This document shows, in pieces, positions 1 through 9,393 of a stretch of DNA of 48,889 nt (position 1 is its first letter; each line of letters opens with the position of its first letter). The notes under the pieces are model-generated. The model saw only the letters and a list, made by a program, of their open reading frames with translations. It searched no databases and was not told the origin of the DNA. Made by a program: the position numbers and the translations under genes. Source of the stretch: Pyrobaculum sp. (GTDB lineage Archaea; Thermoproteota; Thermoprotei; Thermoproteales; Thermoproteaceae); the NCBI GenBank assembly GCA_046293555.1, contig JBKBOT010000011.1, positions 1 to 48,889 on the forward strand, given 5' to 3'.

Positions 1-88
1 TCACAAACTCCCTAAGCCTAAACTTAACCTCCTCAAGATCCACCACCTCATCAAAAGTAGAAGGCCTATACTTCTCGGTCCAGAGCAT
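1..88 (-). CDS. rfcS: Replication factor C small subunit, N-terminal fragment (runs off window)
   Basis: Manual translation from ATG at 88: [29 protein letters not shown], the RFC 'WxEKYRP' box II. The start overlaps the TGA of the upstream ORF (TGATG). Confidence 0.9.
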   Translation of the reverse strand, partial: MLWTEKYRPSTFDEVVDLEEVKFRLREFV

Positions 89-519
89 CATATGTAAAAC
101 TCCTCTGCTAGATCCGTCTTGACGTACTGGCTGCCTTTAAGCAAGACGTAGCCAAGTCTGTTGAGCAACTGTAATAACTCATAACTACGTCTATCTAGTC
201 TCTCTGCCTCTTGAAGAGAAAGAGGCAGTTTGTCTAACAGCTGACGTGCCGCCTCTTTTAACACCACTACCTCTCTATTGGCGCCCTCATCTCTAAGCAC
301 CACCACAAGCCCTCTCTCCATGGCTTGCCTCAAGGCCTGCCTAGATTTCACCTCGCCCAGCGGGATGAATTTATGTAGCTTCAAGACGTCGACAAGAGAT
401 TTGGGGACTTGTCCTACAGGGCCTTTCTTGAGCTCTCTCATCTCTTCCAGCAAGGTGTTTAACAAGATCTCAAGCTCGTCTAGCCTATCTAACACCTTCT
501 TTATATCTTCGCAACTCAC
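88..519 (-). CDS. Conserved hypothetical protein (coiled-coil N-terminus), translationally coupled to rfcS
   Basis: ORF 88..594. GTG start at 519 preferred because it avoids overlap with the GTPase gene and has an AT-rich TATA-like box about 25 nt upstream. No family recognised. Confidence 0.7.
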   Translation of the reverse strand: MSCEDIKKVLDRLDELEILLNTLLEEMRELKKGPVGQVPKSLVDVLKLHKFIPLGEVKSRQALRQAMERGLVVVLRDEGANREVVVLKEAARQLLDKLPLSLQEAERLDRRSYELLQLLNRLGYVLLKGSQYVKTDLAEEFYI

Positions 520-547
520 ATTCGTTAATAGGGCCGTACTTAAAAAT

Positions 548-1711
548 CTAGGCGTGTATTTCCACCACGTCGTTATCAGACAACATGTAGTCAAGCCCCA
601 CCCTTTTGGGCCTGTTTGGAAAAAACTCTCGCCTCCACACCACGGCGTATTTAAAGGTGGAGACCAGAGAGGAGTGTATCTGCCTCGCCACCTCCTCCAC
701 GGTGGCGCCCGTCTTTACCACCACGGGCTTCTCTATATACGACTTGAGGTGTATCGGCTTGGTGAACACCCTGATTCTACCTGTGGCTTTTAGCAAGTCT
801 TCTAACAGCCTCCTTCTATCTATCTCACATCTGTTCAAATCGGCGAGGTGGGTAGATGGCACCAACTCAGATAGGTACTTTCGCACCTCTCCGCTTGGCT
901 GATATAAGTCGCACTTAGATAACACCACTACCGTGGGTTTATACTGTTTCTCTACATATAGCGCCTCTTCAATCTCGTCTAGCGTCACCACGCCGTTTAT
1001 ATGTACTACCGCGTGGTAAATCCCGTATTCATTTAACAGCTTTTTTACGTCGTTTAATGTCCCTTTTGCCACCTGTCCGGAGCCAATAATCTGGATGCCC
1101 CCGAGGCCTTTCCGCTCGATTTTTACGTAGTTACGGGGCTTGTATAGATATATACCCTCCTCCTCAAAAAAGTTGAAAAGTCTCTTTATTTTCTCAATCT
1201 CAATATTTGCGTCAATAACTAACAACACCGCATCTGCATTTCTAATAGAGGCCAACGTTATGGAATTTATCTCGCTCTGCCGTTCTAACAAGCTGGGAGT
1301 CTTGACTAGTTGTATATATACGCCATCTTCTATAAACATAGAGGGAATTGGCTCTACTGTAGAAAAGGGAAGGTCGTCAGGCTGTAGAGCCGTGTTTGTA
1401 AGACAGCGGAGGAGGGCAGTCTTGCCAGAACTAGGCGGCCCCACTATAGCTGTCTGTAGGTCACCCTCTTTAGATATATAAAACCGGCCCCCTCCCCCCT
1501 TCAACGTGCGCTCTTTTTCTCTCCTCTCCTGTATCTCTCGTCTCAACTCGGCTATTCTCCTCCTGATGTGTTTAACAAGCTTTTCTGTCCCCTTGTGTTT
1601 TGGAACTGTGGAGAGAAACTCCTCCATAGCTCTGATTTTTTCCTCTGGCGTCTTGGCCTCTATTACCTTGAGCCACGCCGCCTTGGCTTCAGCTGGCAGA
1701 TTGGCGGGCAC
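548..1711 (-). CDS. DRG/OBG-family GTP-binding protein with C-terminal TGS domain
   Basis: MPANLP...PKHKGTEKL N-terminus, P-loop GPPSSGKT, TGS-like C-terminus (IRVFTKP...RVGLDY..DNDVVEIH). Confidence 0.88.
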   Translation of the reverse strand: MPANLPAEAKAAWLKVIEAKTPEEKIRAMEEFLSTVPKHKGTEKLVKHIRRRIAELRREIQERREKERTLKGGGGRFYISKEGDLQTAIVGPPSSGKTALLRCLTNTALQPDDLPFSTVEPIPSMFIEDGVYIQLVKTPSLLERQSEINSITLASIRNADAVLLVIDANIEIEKIKRLFNFFEEEGIYLYKPRNYVKIERKGLGGIQIIGSGQVAKGTLNDVKKLLNEYGIYHAVVHINGVVTLDEIEEALYVEKQYKPTVVVLSKCDLYQPSGEVRKYLSELVPSTHLADLNRCEIDRRRLLEDLLKATGRIRVFTKPIHLKSYIEKPVVVKTGATVEEVARQIHSSLVSTFKYAVVWRREFFPNRPKRVGLDYMLSDNDVVEIHA

Positions 1712-1818
1712 TATACATAATCAGGTAGTTCTTAAAAAGGCATACCTCTCACATAAGGCAGATGGACTTTCTACATATAGGCAAATAAATACATTTTAAA
1801 TTACGGCTACAATTCTCT

Positions 1819-3114
1819 ATGGCCAAAAACATCCCGAATGTCGTTCCATATGTAGACAAATATATAGAGCCCCCAGAGGGGGAATATGTACAGTACCTAG
1901 GGCCAGGTGAGATAAAGGTGCCAGACAGGGTGGTAATAGGCTATATAGAGGGAGATGGGATAGGGCCAGAGGTGGCATATGCCGCAATTAGGGTGGCAAA
2001 CGCGGCGGTAGAGAAGGCATATGGGAAGGCCAGAGGGGTTATCTGGTATGAGGTGGTGGCTGGAGAAAAGGGAGAAAAACTCCTCGGCTCCAGGCTGCCC
2101 GAGGCTTCGCTCAAGATGTTAGAAAAAATTAGGGTGTTCCTAAAGGCGCCGCTGGAGACCCCAGTGGGTGGGGGGTTTAGAAGCATAAATGTAGCTCTCC
2201 GACAGACGTTTGACCTATATGCAAACATAAGGCCAGTCAAATACTTCCCAGGCCTGCCGTCGCCACTTAAAAAGCCGGAGGCAGTAGATTTGGTAATCTT
2301 TAGAGAAAACACAGAAGACGTATACGCCGGCATCGAGTGGCCTTATAACAGCCCAGAGGCGGCAAAAATCCGGGAGTTTCTCAAAAGGGAGTTTAACATA
2401 TCTATAAGAGAGGACGCCGGCATTGGGATCAAGCCTATTAGCAAATTTGGCACCCAGCGTATTGCAAGACTGGCGCTAAAATTCGCCATAGAGAACAATA
2501 GACGTGTCGTCACAGTGATGCATAAGGGAAATATACAGAAGTATACAGAAGGCGCCTTTAGGGAGTGGGCCTTCGAGGTGGCGAGAACTGAGTTTAGAGA
2601 ACATGTGGTGTTTGAAGACGAGTTGCCTCAATACGGCGGCCAGATCCCCCCAGGGAGGGTTCTTGTAAACGACAGGATTGCAGACAATATGCTCCAACAG
2701 CTGCTCACCCGCACTAGGGAATATAGCGTCATACTGGCGCCGAACTTAAATGGCGATTACGTATCCGACGAGGCCGCTGGGCTTGTAGGCGGCCTCGGGG
2801 TGGCGCCAGGTCTAGACGTGGGGGACTGGGGCATGATGGCAGAGCCAGTTCACGGCACTGCCCCCAAATATAAGGGGAGGAATTACGTCAACCCCACGGC
2901 CACTATCCTCGCCGTAGAGCTAATGTTTAGATTTCTCGGCTGGGTAGAGGCAGCCGACTTAATCCTTAAAGGCGTAGAGACGGCCTATAGGGAGGGGTAC
3001 TTCACCGGAGATCTGGCGAGACAGATGGACGAAGAGGAGAGAAAGAAAAGAGTGAGGGAGGTACTCGGCACACAGGAGTTTGCAGACAAGGTGGTGGAGT
3101 TTATAAAAAGTTAG
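1819..3114 (+). CDS. icd: Isocitrate dehydrogenase (NADP+)
   Basis: IEGDGIGPE, TPVGGGFRSINV, FRENTED, HKGNI, NLNGDYVSD, HGTAPKY motifs. Confidence 0.97.
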   Translation: MAKNIPNVVPYVDKYIEPPEGEYVQYLGPGEIKVPDRVVIGYIEGDGIGPEVAYAAIRVANAAVEKAYGKARGVIWYEVVAGEKGEKLLGSRLPEASLKMLEKIRVFLKAPLETPVGGGFRSINVALRQTFDLYANIRPVKYFPGLPSPLKKPEAVDLVIFRENTEDVYAGIEWPYNSPEAAKIREFLKREFNISIREDAGIGIKPISKFGTQRIARLALKFAIENNRRVVTVMHKGNIQKYTEGAFREWAFEVARTEFREHVVFEDELPQYGGQIPPGRVLVNDRIADNMLQQLLTRTREYSVILAPNLNGDYVSDEAAGLVGGLGVAPGLDVGDWGMMAEPVHGTAPKYKGRNYVNPTATILAVELMFRFLGWVEAADLILKGVETAYREGYFTGDLARQMDEEERKKRVREVLGTQEFADKVVEFIKS

Positions 3115-3584
3115 GTCTCCTTGGCGAAAAGGTACTCAATTGGCCTAAACCCCATCTTCCTGTAGAAATTTACGGCGATCTCGTTTAGAGCTGGGAAAGA
3201 CGCCATAATGGCCTCCGCGCCTTTTTTCCTCAACTGGCTAATACCCTCAACCATAAGCCTCTTGCCGATACCCTTTCTCCTATACTCGGGAAGTATGTAG
3301 AACTCCTTTATGACGCCCACATATTTGGGCTTGTAGAAAATTCTATCTACCACATCTCCCTTAAGTATCCCAACTACCTTATTGTCCTCTATTGCTACTA
3401 ACAACACGGAATTGGGGCTAGCCATGGCTTCTTCTAGGTATCTACGAGTGGCCTCTTCTATATCTGGGGTAATTTCTAACATTGGGTCGAACTCCGCGTT
3501 GAGTCGCTTAAGCCTAACTACAAGCCGGGTGACTGCATCTAGGTCTTCTTTTACTGCTGTCCGTATTACAATAGTTGGATACAT
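3111..3584 (-). CDS. GNAT-family N-acetyltransferase
   Basis: Acetyl-CoA motif A 'YILPEYRRKGIGKRL' and 'N..A..FY.KMGF'. Confidence 0.9.
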   Translation of the reverse strand: MYPTIVIRTAVKEDLDAVTRLVVRLKRLNAEFDPMLEITPDIEEATRRYLEEAMASPNSVLLVAIEDNKVVGILKGDVVDRIFYKPKYVGVIKEFYILPEYRRKGIGKRLMVEGISQLRKKGAEAIMASFPALNEIAVNFYRKMGFRPIEYLFAKET

Positions 3585-3697
3585 GAAAGATATATTTTTT
3601 GATTTTTAAATATTTAATCTCTATAAATTTAAATATAAAAATTCAAACAAGATAAAAGGCATAAAATAATTTATGTTAAATCTATAATTATATATAA

Positions 3698-4543
3698 TTA
3701 AGATTTTAGCAATAAAATATCTCCATGAAAGAAGTCTCCCAGCGGTATTTGTTCATAAGTCTTAGTCTCGAGCTTCTCCACGTCGATAAACTTCTTGCCT
3801 ATTTTCAAGATTTTCACCTCAATCCCCCTGATCTTGACGACATCTCCAGGCCTATATGTGGCTAGCCTAAGGGAGTACGTCATGTGGTATATCTTCCGCC
3901 CGTCTCTAACTCCTACAGCCTTGGCGCTCTCTATAAGCAAGCTCGGGAACTCTCTATGTATGACATAAGCCAGATGTTTAGCCAACCCCGTAGATGTCGT
4001 ATATATATCAAATCCATTTCTTACCCTTTTTATGTTACTTATATATCCAATCTTCTTATCTTTAAGTTTAAATAGCTCTTGTTGAGTTATGTAAAATATC
4101 TTTCTCTCAGTATCCTCATCGACCGGCCTCGGCATGCCGCGGATTTGAATTACGGCAACCTCTCTCCTAGATAACATCTCTCTACAGGAGTTACAGATAT
4201 CCTCCTCATAGCTTATCTCCACGACGTATGACAACAGGCGGGGCTCTATGGCGGGATGCGGCGTGCCCCTTATGTAGACCAGCGCCCGGGCGCCCCCCGC
4301 CGTTTCAGATACCTCAATTTTTTCCAACACGCCAGCCACCACTCCTTTTTTTGACAAGACCTTAGAGAAGTCTTTCACACCAACCCACTCTCCTTTCAAA
4401 AAAACGGCGCCGCAGTACTTACATCGCAACACCTTGTCGTCTTTAAGCATGACGAGGGGGTGTCTCTCTATGTAACACTCCTCACACATTCCCTCCACTA
4501 GTCTCTCCACAAGCCTCCCACAATAGGGGCAGGGAAGTCTCAC
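3698..4543 (-). CDS. nmd3: NMD3-family ribosome biogenesis protein (zinc-binding)
   Basis: Four CxxC pairs (CPYC, CEEC, CKYC, CNSC), 'AVIQIRG' and 'GFDIY' motifs. Confidence 0.85.
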   Translation of the reverse strand: MRLPCPYCGRLVERLVEGMCEECYIERHPLVMLKDDKVLRCKYCGAVFLKGEWVGVKDFSKVLSKKGVVAGVLEKIEVSETAGGARALVYIRGTPHPAIEPRLLSYVVEISYEEDICNSCREMLSRREVAVIQIRGMPRPVDEDTERKIFYITQQELFKLKDKKIGYISNIKRVRNGFDIYTTSTGLAKHLAYVIHREFPSLLIESAKAVGVRDGRKIYHMTYSLRLATYRPGDVVKIRGIEVKILKIGKKFIDVEKLETKTYEQIPLGDFFHGDILLLKS

Positions 4544-5481
4544 GACATATTTCTATCTTCTAAATATTTTCTTACCTCCACGGCAATTATGTAGGCAAGC
4601 GGCGGGGGGACACTCTCCCCAACTTGGTTATACTGCGAGTCTTTAGAGCCTAGGAAGAGATAGGAGTCTGGATAGCCCATAAGCCTCGCCTGTTCGCGTA
4701 CAGTTAAAATCCTGTGTTCTTCCGGATGTACAAACCTCCTGGACCCCATCACTGTGGGCGCCACATCGTCCCACGTCAGCCTTATGTAGTTATGATAAAA
4801 GCCGGAGGCCCCCCTGTATTTAATCAAAGCCTCCCCCGGCCTTAGTCTAGCTATTCTCTCTGCCTTCTTCACGCCAATAGATGTAGATTCGTGGTTGGGC
4901 ACCAACCCGCTGTCTGGAGGCGGCAGAGAGGAGAGAGCCTCTCTCACCACTACCCTCCGCGATTTGGGAGGTCTTATCCTTATGTTTGAGATAAAAACCC
5001 GACGCCTTCTACTAGGCACCCCATAGTCCTCGGCATGTAGGACGTTAAAATACACGTCATATCCCACCCTCCTGAATTCTCTCTGTAGGTAGCCCCTCAG
5101 GGGCTCTTCTGCAAGGGCGGCTACGTTTTCCATTACAAAAACCTCTGGCCCTAGTTCTCCCACAAGTCTGATAAACTCTAGCGTCAACTGTCCCGCCGGA
5201 TCTACATAGAGCCTATCGGCGGGGTCTGGCAGCCTGTCTGGATTTGCTGCAGTAAAGGGCTCGCAGGGGGGGCTCCCAATGGCCACCCTAACTCTGCCGT
5301 ATTTCGCCACGTCTCTGTAGTCAATATTTCTGATATCTTCCTGTATCACCACAGTGTTGTGGTTAGCGCTATAGGTCCTCGCGGCTTCTCTATCTATTTC
5401 GACTGCGGCCGTAATTTTAAAGCCAGCTAGTCTAAACCCCAAGGCGAAACCTCCGGCGCCTGAAAACAGATCTACTATCAC
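4540..5481 (-). CDS. C5-cytosine methyltransferase (Dcm/DNMT fold)
   Basis: Motif I DLFSGAGG, IV SPPCEPF, VI ENV, VIII RRRRVF, IX-X LTVREQARLMGYP...QVGESVPP. Confidence 0.93.
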   Translation of the reverse strand: MIVDLFSGAGGFALGFRLAGFKITAAVEIDREAARTYSANHNTVVIQEDIRNIDYRDVAKYGRVRVAIGSPPCEPFTAANPDRLPDPADRLYVDPAGQLTLEFIRLVGELGPEVFVMENVAALAEEPLRGYLQREFRRVGYDVYFNVLHAEDYGVPSRRRRVFISNIRIRPPKSRRVVVREALSSLPPPDSGLVPNHESTSIGVKKAERIARLRPGEALIKYRGASGFYHNYIRLTWDDVAPTVMGSRRFVHPEEHRILTVREQARLMGYPDSYLFLGSKDSQYNQVGESVPPPLAYIIAVEVRKYLEDRNMS

Positions 5482-5525
5482 ATAGACACAAGAAAACTAA
5501 TATATATACCACTCCACCTTAGGTT

Positions 5526-6113
5526 GTGGACTTTGCCAAAAAGTTAAAACTAAGGCTTAGCGACGTGATTAAACTAGAGCGGCCTGACAGCCTCAGCTCG
5601 AGATATGGCAAGGCTTTTGAAAAAGCCGTCTTGGCGCTCATCAAGGCGAGAGACTCCGTGGCGGCATTTCGCACATTTATAGAAAACTACGGGGAGCCGC
5701 ATACCGGCGCTTTCAGCAAGCTGTTAAAACTCCTCCCATGGGCTAAGAAGGTGGTGGAGATAGAGCCGGCGCCGCCGGTGTGGCTACAAGTAGATGGGGT
5801 GACTATAACCGCCCAGGCCGACTTCATTGTTAAGTACTCAGACGGCAGGAAAGAACTTGTGGAGCTAAAGTCGCATATCTTAAAAAACGGCGAGTGGAAA
5901 ACCAAGGCCGAGTGGTCACTCGCCACAAAGATCATGCGGATGTTATATAGAAAGTCTGGTTACGACTACCCCCTCCGCCTTATTTATTTTACAGAAAAGG
6001 GCGGCAGCGTGGCCCCAGAAGAGGAGATATTTATCTACCCCAAAGACGATAAAGACGACGAGACTGTATTAAATGTGCTACGTGAGAGAGTCAAGAAGTC
6101 TGTAAACAGGTAA
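5526..6113 (+). CDS. Putative PD-(D/E)XK nuclease (Cas4/RecB-like core, no Fe-S cysteines)
   Basis: 'ITAQADFIV...ELVELKS' matches the D..ExK catalytic pattern. Divergent from the methyltransferase. Confidence 0.6.
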   Translation: MDFAKKLKLRLSDVIKLERPDSLSSRYGKAFEKAVLALIKARDSVAAFRTFIENYGEPHTGAFSKLLKLLPWAKKVVEIEPAPPVWLQVDGVTITAQADFIVKYSDGRKELVELKSHILKNGEWKTKAEWSLATKIMRMLYRKSGYDYPLRLIYFTEKGGSVAPEEEIFIYPKDDKDDETVLNVLRERVKKSVNR

Positions 6114-6387
6114 ACTCCTCTCCTGCAAGTTTATTGACAAGCTTGACTATAGCCACCGCTTGGTCTAGCCTCTCTAGGTACCTAGGTCTGACAACTGCAT
6201 TCTCGTCGCCAATCATGTACTCAACTACACACTCGTCGTCATACCACGAAAAGACCACAAAGATGTAGAAATCCTCGTCGAGCTGTATCTGGGCCAACGC
6301 CTCTCTTTGTCTCCACTCTACAGTAAACGACCTGGCTTCAACCCTCTCTCTAACTTTTTTAAAGAATTGTTCCACACGTTGTTTCAT
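6091..6387 (-). CDS. Hypothetical protein
   Basis: ORF 6091..6456. ATG at 6387 (MKQRVEQFF) preferred, with TATA-like TATATAAA about 25 nt upstream. Confidence 0.6.
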   Translation of the reverse strand: MKQRVEQFFKKVRERVEARSFTVEWRQREALAQIQLDEDFYIFVVFSWYDDECVVEYMIGDENAVVRPRYLERLDQAVAIVKLVNKLAGEEFTCLQTS

Positions 6388-6433
6388 ATGGTCGACAAGA
6401 CCTTTCTTTATATATTTAGTAGATTGTTCACAC

Positions 6434-7978
6434 ATGCCAGTAGTCGAAGTGGCCAAGTTCGACCTAGAGAGGCTGACGGGACTTCAGTTTAGAGAAGTCG
6501 AGAGGCTTTTGGAACACGTCAAGTGTGAGATAGAGGAAGATCTGGGGGATAGGCTGAGGCTTGAGGTTACGCACGACAGACCAGACCACTTCTCCGCAGA
6601 GGGCCTCGCCAAGACCCTAAAGGGTGTCGCCGGCGTAGAGACGGGGCTACCTAAAGCTAATTTCAGGAAGTCTTCTATAAGGCTGGTGTCTGAGGCCATA
6701 GAGGAGAGGCCATATATCTCCATGGCTGTGGTTAAAGACGTCAGGCTGGACGACGAGGCGGTGAGACAGTTGATACAACTACAGGAAAAGATCCACGAGA
6801 CTTACGGCAGGGGGAGGAGGAAGATCGCCATAGGTTATTACGACGTGGCGAAAATAAGGCCCCCCATATACTACAGACGTATATCTCAAGACGTGGAGTA
6901 CGTGCCGCTGGGGTTTTCAGGCCCCATAACTGTGAGGGAGATGTATGAAAAAACCGAACAGGGGAGGAAATACGGCGGTTTGATACGACGGGAGGAGCCG
7001 CCGGCGTTGGTGGACTCCGAGGGGCGGGTGATGGTAGTAGTGCCAGTGTTGGGGTCTGAATGCTGTAAGATCTCGGAGTCGACTAGAGACGTGTTGATAG
7101 ACGTCACTGGGACAGAGCTACGCGCGGTGACAAACGCCATGTCTGTATTGATATACTCGCTTCTCGAGCGTAGCATCTCTAAAGAGGTGGAGATTGTGGA
7201 GGGTGGAAACACCTATGTCCATAGCTACCTCAGGTTTGAGCTTGACGCAAAAAGGGCTGGGGAGGTGCTTGGAGTTGAGCTCACACATGGAGAGTTTGTA
7301 GACAAGGTGAGAAGAGCTAGGCTTGATTACGACAGAGAGGTGGTGGCGCCGCCCTATAGGATAAACCTCCTGTCTTGGGTCGACGTGGTTGAAGACGTGG
7401 CGTTAATGATAGGCTACAACCGCCTCCCCCGGGAGCCGCCGGGAGTCCTGTCGGCGGGGAGGAGACACAAGGTGGAAATTTTGACGCAAGACTTGAGGAG
7501 ACTTATGCTCATAATGGGCTTTGTGGAGATAAATAACTACGTCTTAACTGATAGGACCGTACTAGATGTGTGTAAAGCGGCGTATGTGATAAATCCCATA
7601 TCTGAGCTATACAACGCCGTGAGGTGTTCAATAATCACACAGCTTGTCGCCACGGCGGCTACAATAAGACGTAAAGAAGTGAGAATTTTTGAGGTGGGCG
7701 ACGTGGTGAGAGATGGGAAGACAAAAAAGGCGCTAGCCTTCTTGATAAGTAGAGACGGCGTGACGCTAACAGACGGGCTTTCTGTAGTAAAGACTTTATG
7801 CAGGCTGTCGGGCCTTTCATGCCACACAGTGCCGGCTTCATACACATGGGCCCTACAAAATAGGGCTGCAGAAATAAGAGGAGATGTAGAGGGATATGTG
7901 GGAGAGGTCAACCCAGACCTTTTAACAAAGCTAGGCCACTCCACCCCCACCGTGGTGGCAGAGCTGACAAAACTTTAA
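6434..7978 (+). CDS. pheT: Phenylalanine--tRNA ligase beta subunit
   Basis: HDRPD, QLQEKIH...GRRKIAIG..D, APPYR...DVVEDV...GY motifs of archaeal PheRS beta. Confidence 0.95.
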   Translation: MPVVEVAKFDLERLTGLQFREVERLLEHVKCEIEEDLGDRLRLEVTHDRPDHFSAEGLAKTLKGVAGVETGLPKANFRKSSIRLVSEAIEERPYISMAVVKDVRLDDEAVRQLIQLQEKIHETYGRGRRKIAIGYYDVAKIRPPIYYRRISQDVEYVPLGFSGPITVREMYEKTEQGRKYGGLIRREEPPALVDSEGRVMVVVPVLGSECCKISESTRDVLIDVTGTELRAVTNAMSVLIYSLLERSISKEVEIVEGGNTYVHSYLRFELDAKRAGEVLGVELTHGEFVDKVRRARLDYDREVVAPPYRINLLSWVDVVEDVALMIGYNRLPREPPGVLSAGRRHKVEILTQDLRRLMLIMGFVEINNYVLTDRTVLDVCKAAYVINPISELYNAVRCSIITQLVATAATIRRKEVRIFEVGDVVRDGKTKKALAFLISRDGVTLTDGLSVVKTLCRLSGLSCHTVPASYTWALQNRAAEIRGDVEGYVGEVNPDLLTKLGHSTPTVVAELTKL

Positions 7979-7999
7979 TATAGAGAGGTTTTTCAACTC

Positions 8000-8356
8000 G
8001 TGTCTGACGACATTGACGTTTTACTTAGGAAAAAGGCACTTGAGTTAGCTAGAAGCCGTGTAGAAAAGCCCACACAACAAAAAAGGCTGACAGACGAGGA
8101 GGCTGTAAAAATCGTCAAGACTATTACCTATGGAGATAAAGCCGGCGAAATTATCGACAAGGCGCTAGAGCTATACAAGCCGCATATCTACGTAATACTT
8201 AGAAAAATTGCGGAACTTCACCAACAGGGGGTTATAAAAGAGCTGGCAGACTACGAGCTATACGAGCTGCTAAAAAACGCGGGTTTTAAAGTCCCCATAA
8301 GGACTGAGATAAAGATAGTTAGACACGGGAGGGAATATAAGATCGGAGAGTCATAA
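8000..8356 (+). CDS. Small helical protein, possibly PDCD5-like dsDNA-binding family
   Basis: N-terminus MSDDIDVLLRKKALEL and C-terminal 'EIKIVR' resemble archaeal PDCD5 homologues. Weak similarity only. Confidence 0.5.
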   Translation: MSDDIDVLLRKKALELARSRVEKPTQQKRLTDEEAVKIVKTITYGDKAGEIIDKALELYKPHIYVILRKIAELHQQGVIKELADYELYELLKNAGFKVPIRTEIKIVRHGREYKIGES

Positions 8357-8593
8357 ACGGCCACAGGGGCGGCCGTAGATATAGTTACTGTATAAAACTT
8401 CCAACATGTCGGACCACAGAAACCTCCTGCCTCTATAATCTACAAACCTGCGGGCTAGCTCCCTCTTGTCTTCTCTCACATATTTCCAACAGCTCGCACA
8501 GCCAAACCACACCACGTCTCTATCTTCTAACAGTTCTAGCGGCTTCCCACAGGAGGGGCAACGGTACGTGGTGGCCAGCTCTATAGACTCCAT
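8351..8593 (-). CDS. Small zinc-ribbon protein
   Basis: CPSC...CASC pair. ATG at 8593 with TATATAA about 22-28 nt upstream. Confidence 0.65.
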   Translation of the reverse strand: MESIELATTYRCPSCGKPLELLEDRDVVWFGCASCWKYVREDKRELARRFVDYRGRRFLWSDMLEVLYSNYIYGRPCGRL

Positions 8594-8737
8594 GTTAACC
8601 CCCCGACCGTTTCTTATATAGACGGCACATATAATACCTACAGCCTTTAAAGCCAAATGCGGTAGAAACTACATGAAGTGGAAGTTTTTAGAAAAGAGAA
8701 AGATCTTGAAGCAACTAAAGGAAGAGATAGAAGTAAT

Positions 8738-9013
8738 TTAACATAAGTCAAATCTCTCCAGGGAAATACCCACCCCCTTGAGGTCTTCGGCAGCCTCTAG
8801 ATAAAACCGTCTGACTTCTACACAACGTCTCTTCCACCACTCGTCGTCCCCCCTCTCTGCAGAAAGGATTAAGACAGCTGTAGCCGCCACATACTTGAGG
8901 CGGCTGTAAAAGTCTTGAGGCGGCTGGGGGAGCTCAATCCCTAGCTCTCTTGTATATTCTACAACCAGCGAGGGCCTCCTGACGGCCTCCCAGAGGAAGT
9001 CGTAAAAACTCAC
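8738..9013 (-). CDS. Hypothetical protein (last gene of archease-YbaK operon)
   Basis: Start overlaps the stop of the YbaK gene (GTGA). Normal amino-acid composition. Confidence 0.7.
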   Translation of the reverse strand: MSFYDFLWEAVRRPSLVVEYTRELGIELPQPPQDFYSRLKYVAATAVLILSAERGDDEWWKRRCVEVRRFYLEAAEDLKGVGISLERFDLC

Positions 9014-9393
9014 AACTCTACAGGGTCGGCTAGCCCCCCCTCCACGAGGTCTCTCGGCCTAAACTTTAGTAATGTGTACTCGTCGCCGCCGCCCCCATAT
9101 ACAAAATCCTCCGCCAAAAGCTCCACGTCTATATACGTCGGTATGTTTAACACCGGCGGTACCCCACCCACGGGGTACCCCGTCGCGGCCTTTACCTCTT
9201 CTGGCGCCGCCATGCGGCACCCCAAGGCCTCTAGAGACAGCCTCTTGTTTCCCCGTATTACATACGCCCTATACTCGCCGCCGCAATACACCACAAGCGT
9301 CTTTACGATCTTCTCCTCCCCAACTCCCACAGCTCTTGCCGCCTGTCTCACCGTACGTACGGGGGTGTTAAGCCTGATGAGCTCCCCTATCAT
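9010..9393 (-). CDS. YbaK/ProRS-associated aminoacyl-tRNA deacylase
   Basis: 'IVKTL' catalytic Lys and '[10 protein letters not shown]' and 'YGGGG' motifs. ATG at 9393 overlaps the archease stop (ATGA). Confidence 0.88.
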   Translation of the reverse strand: MIGELIRLNTPVRTVRQAARAVGVGEEKIVKTLVVYCGGEYRAYVIRGNKRLSLEALGCRMAAPEEVKAATGYPVGGVPPVLNIPTYIDVELLAEDFVYGGGGDEYTLLKFRPRDLVEGGLADPVEL

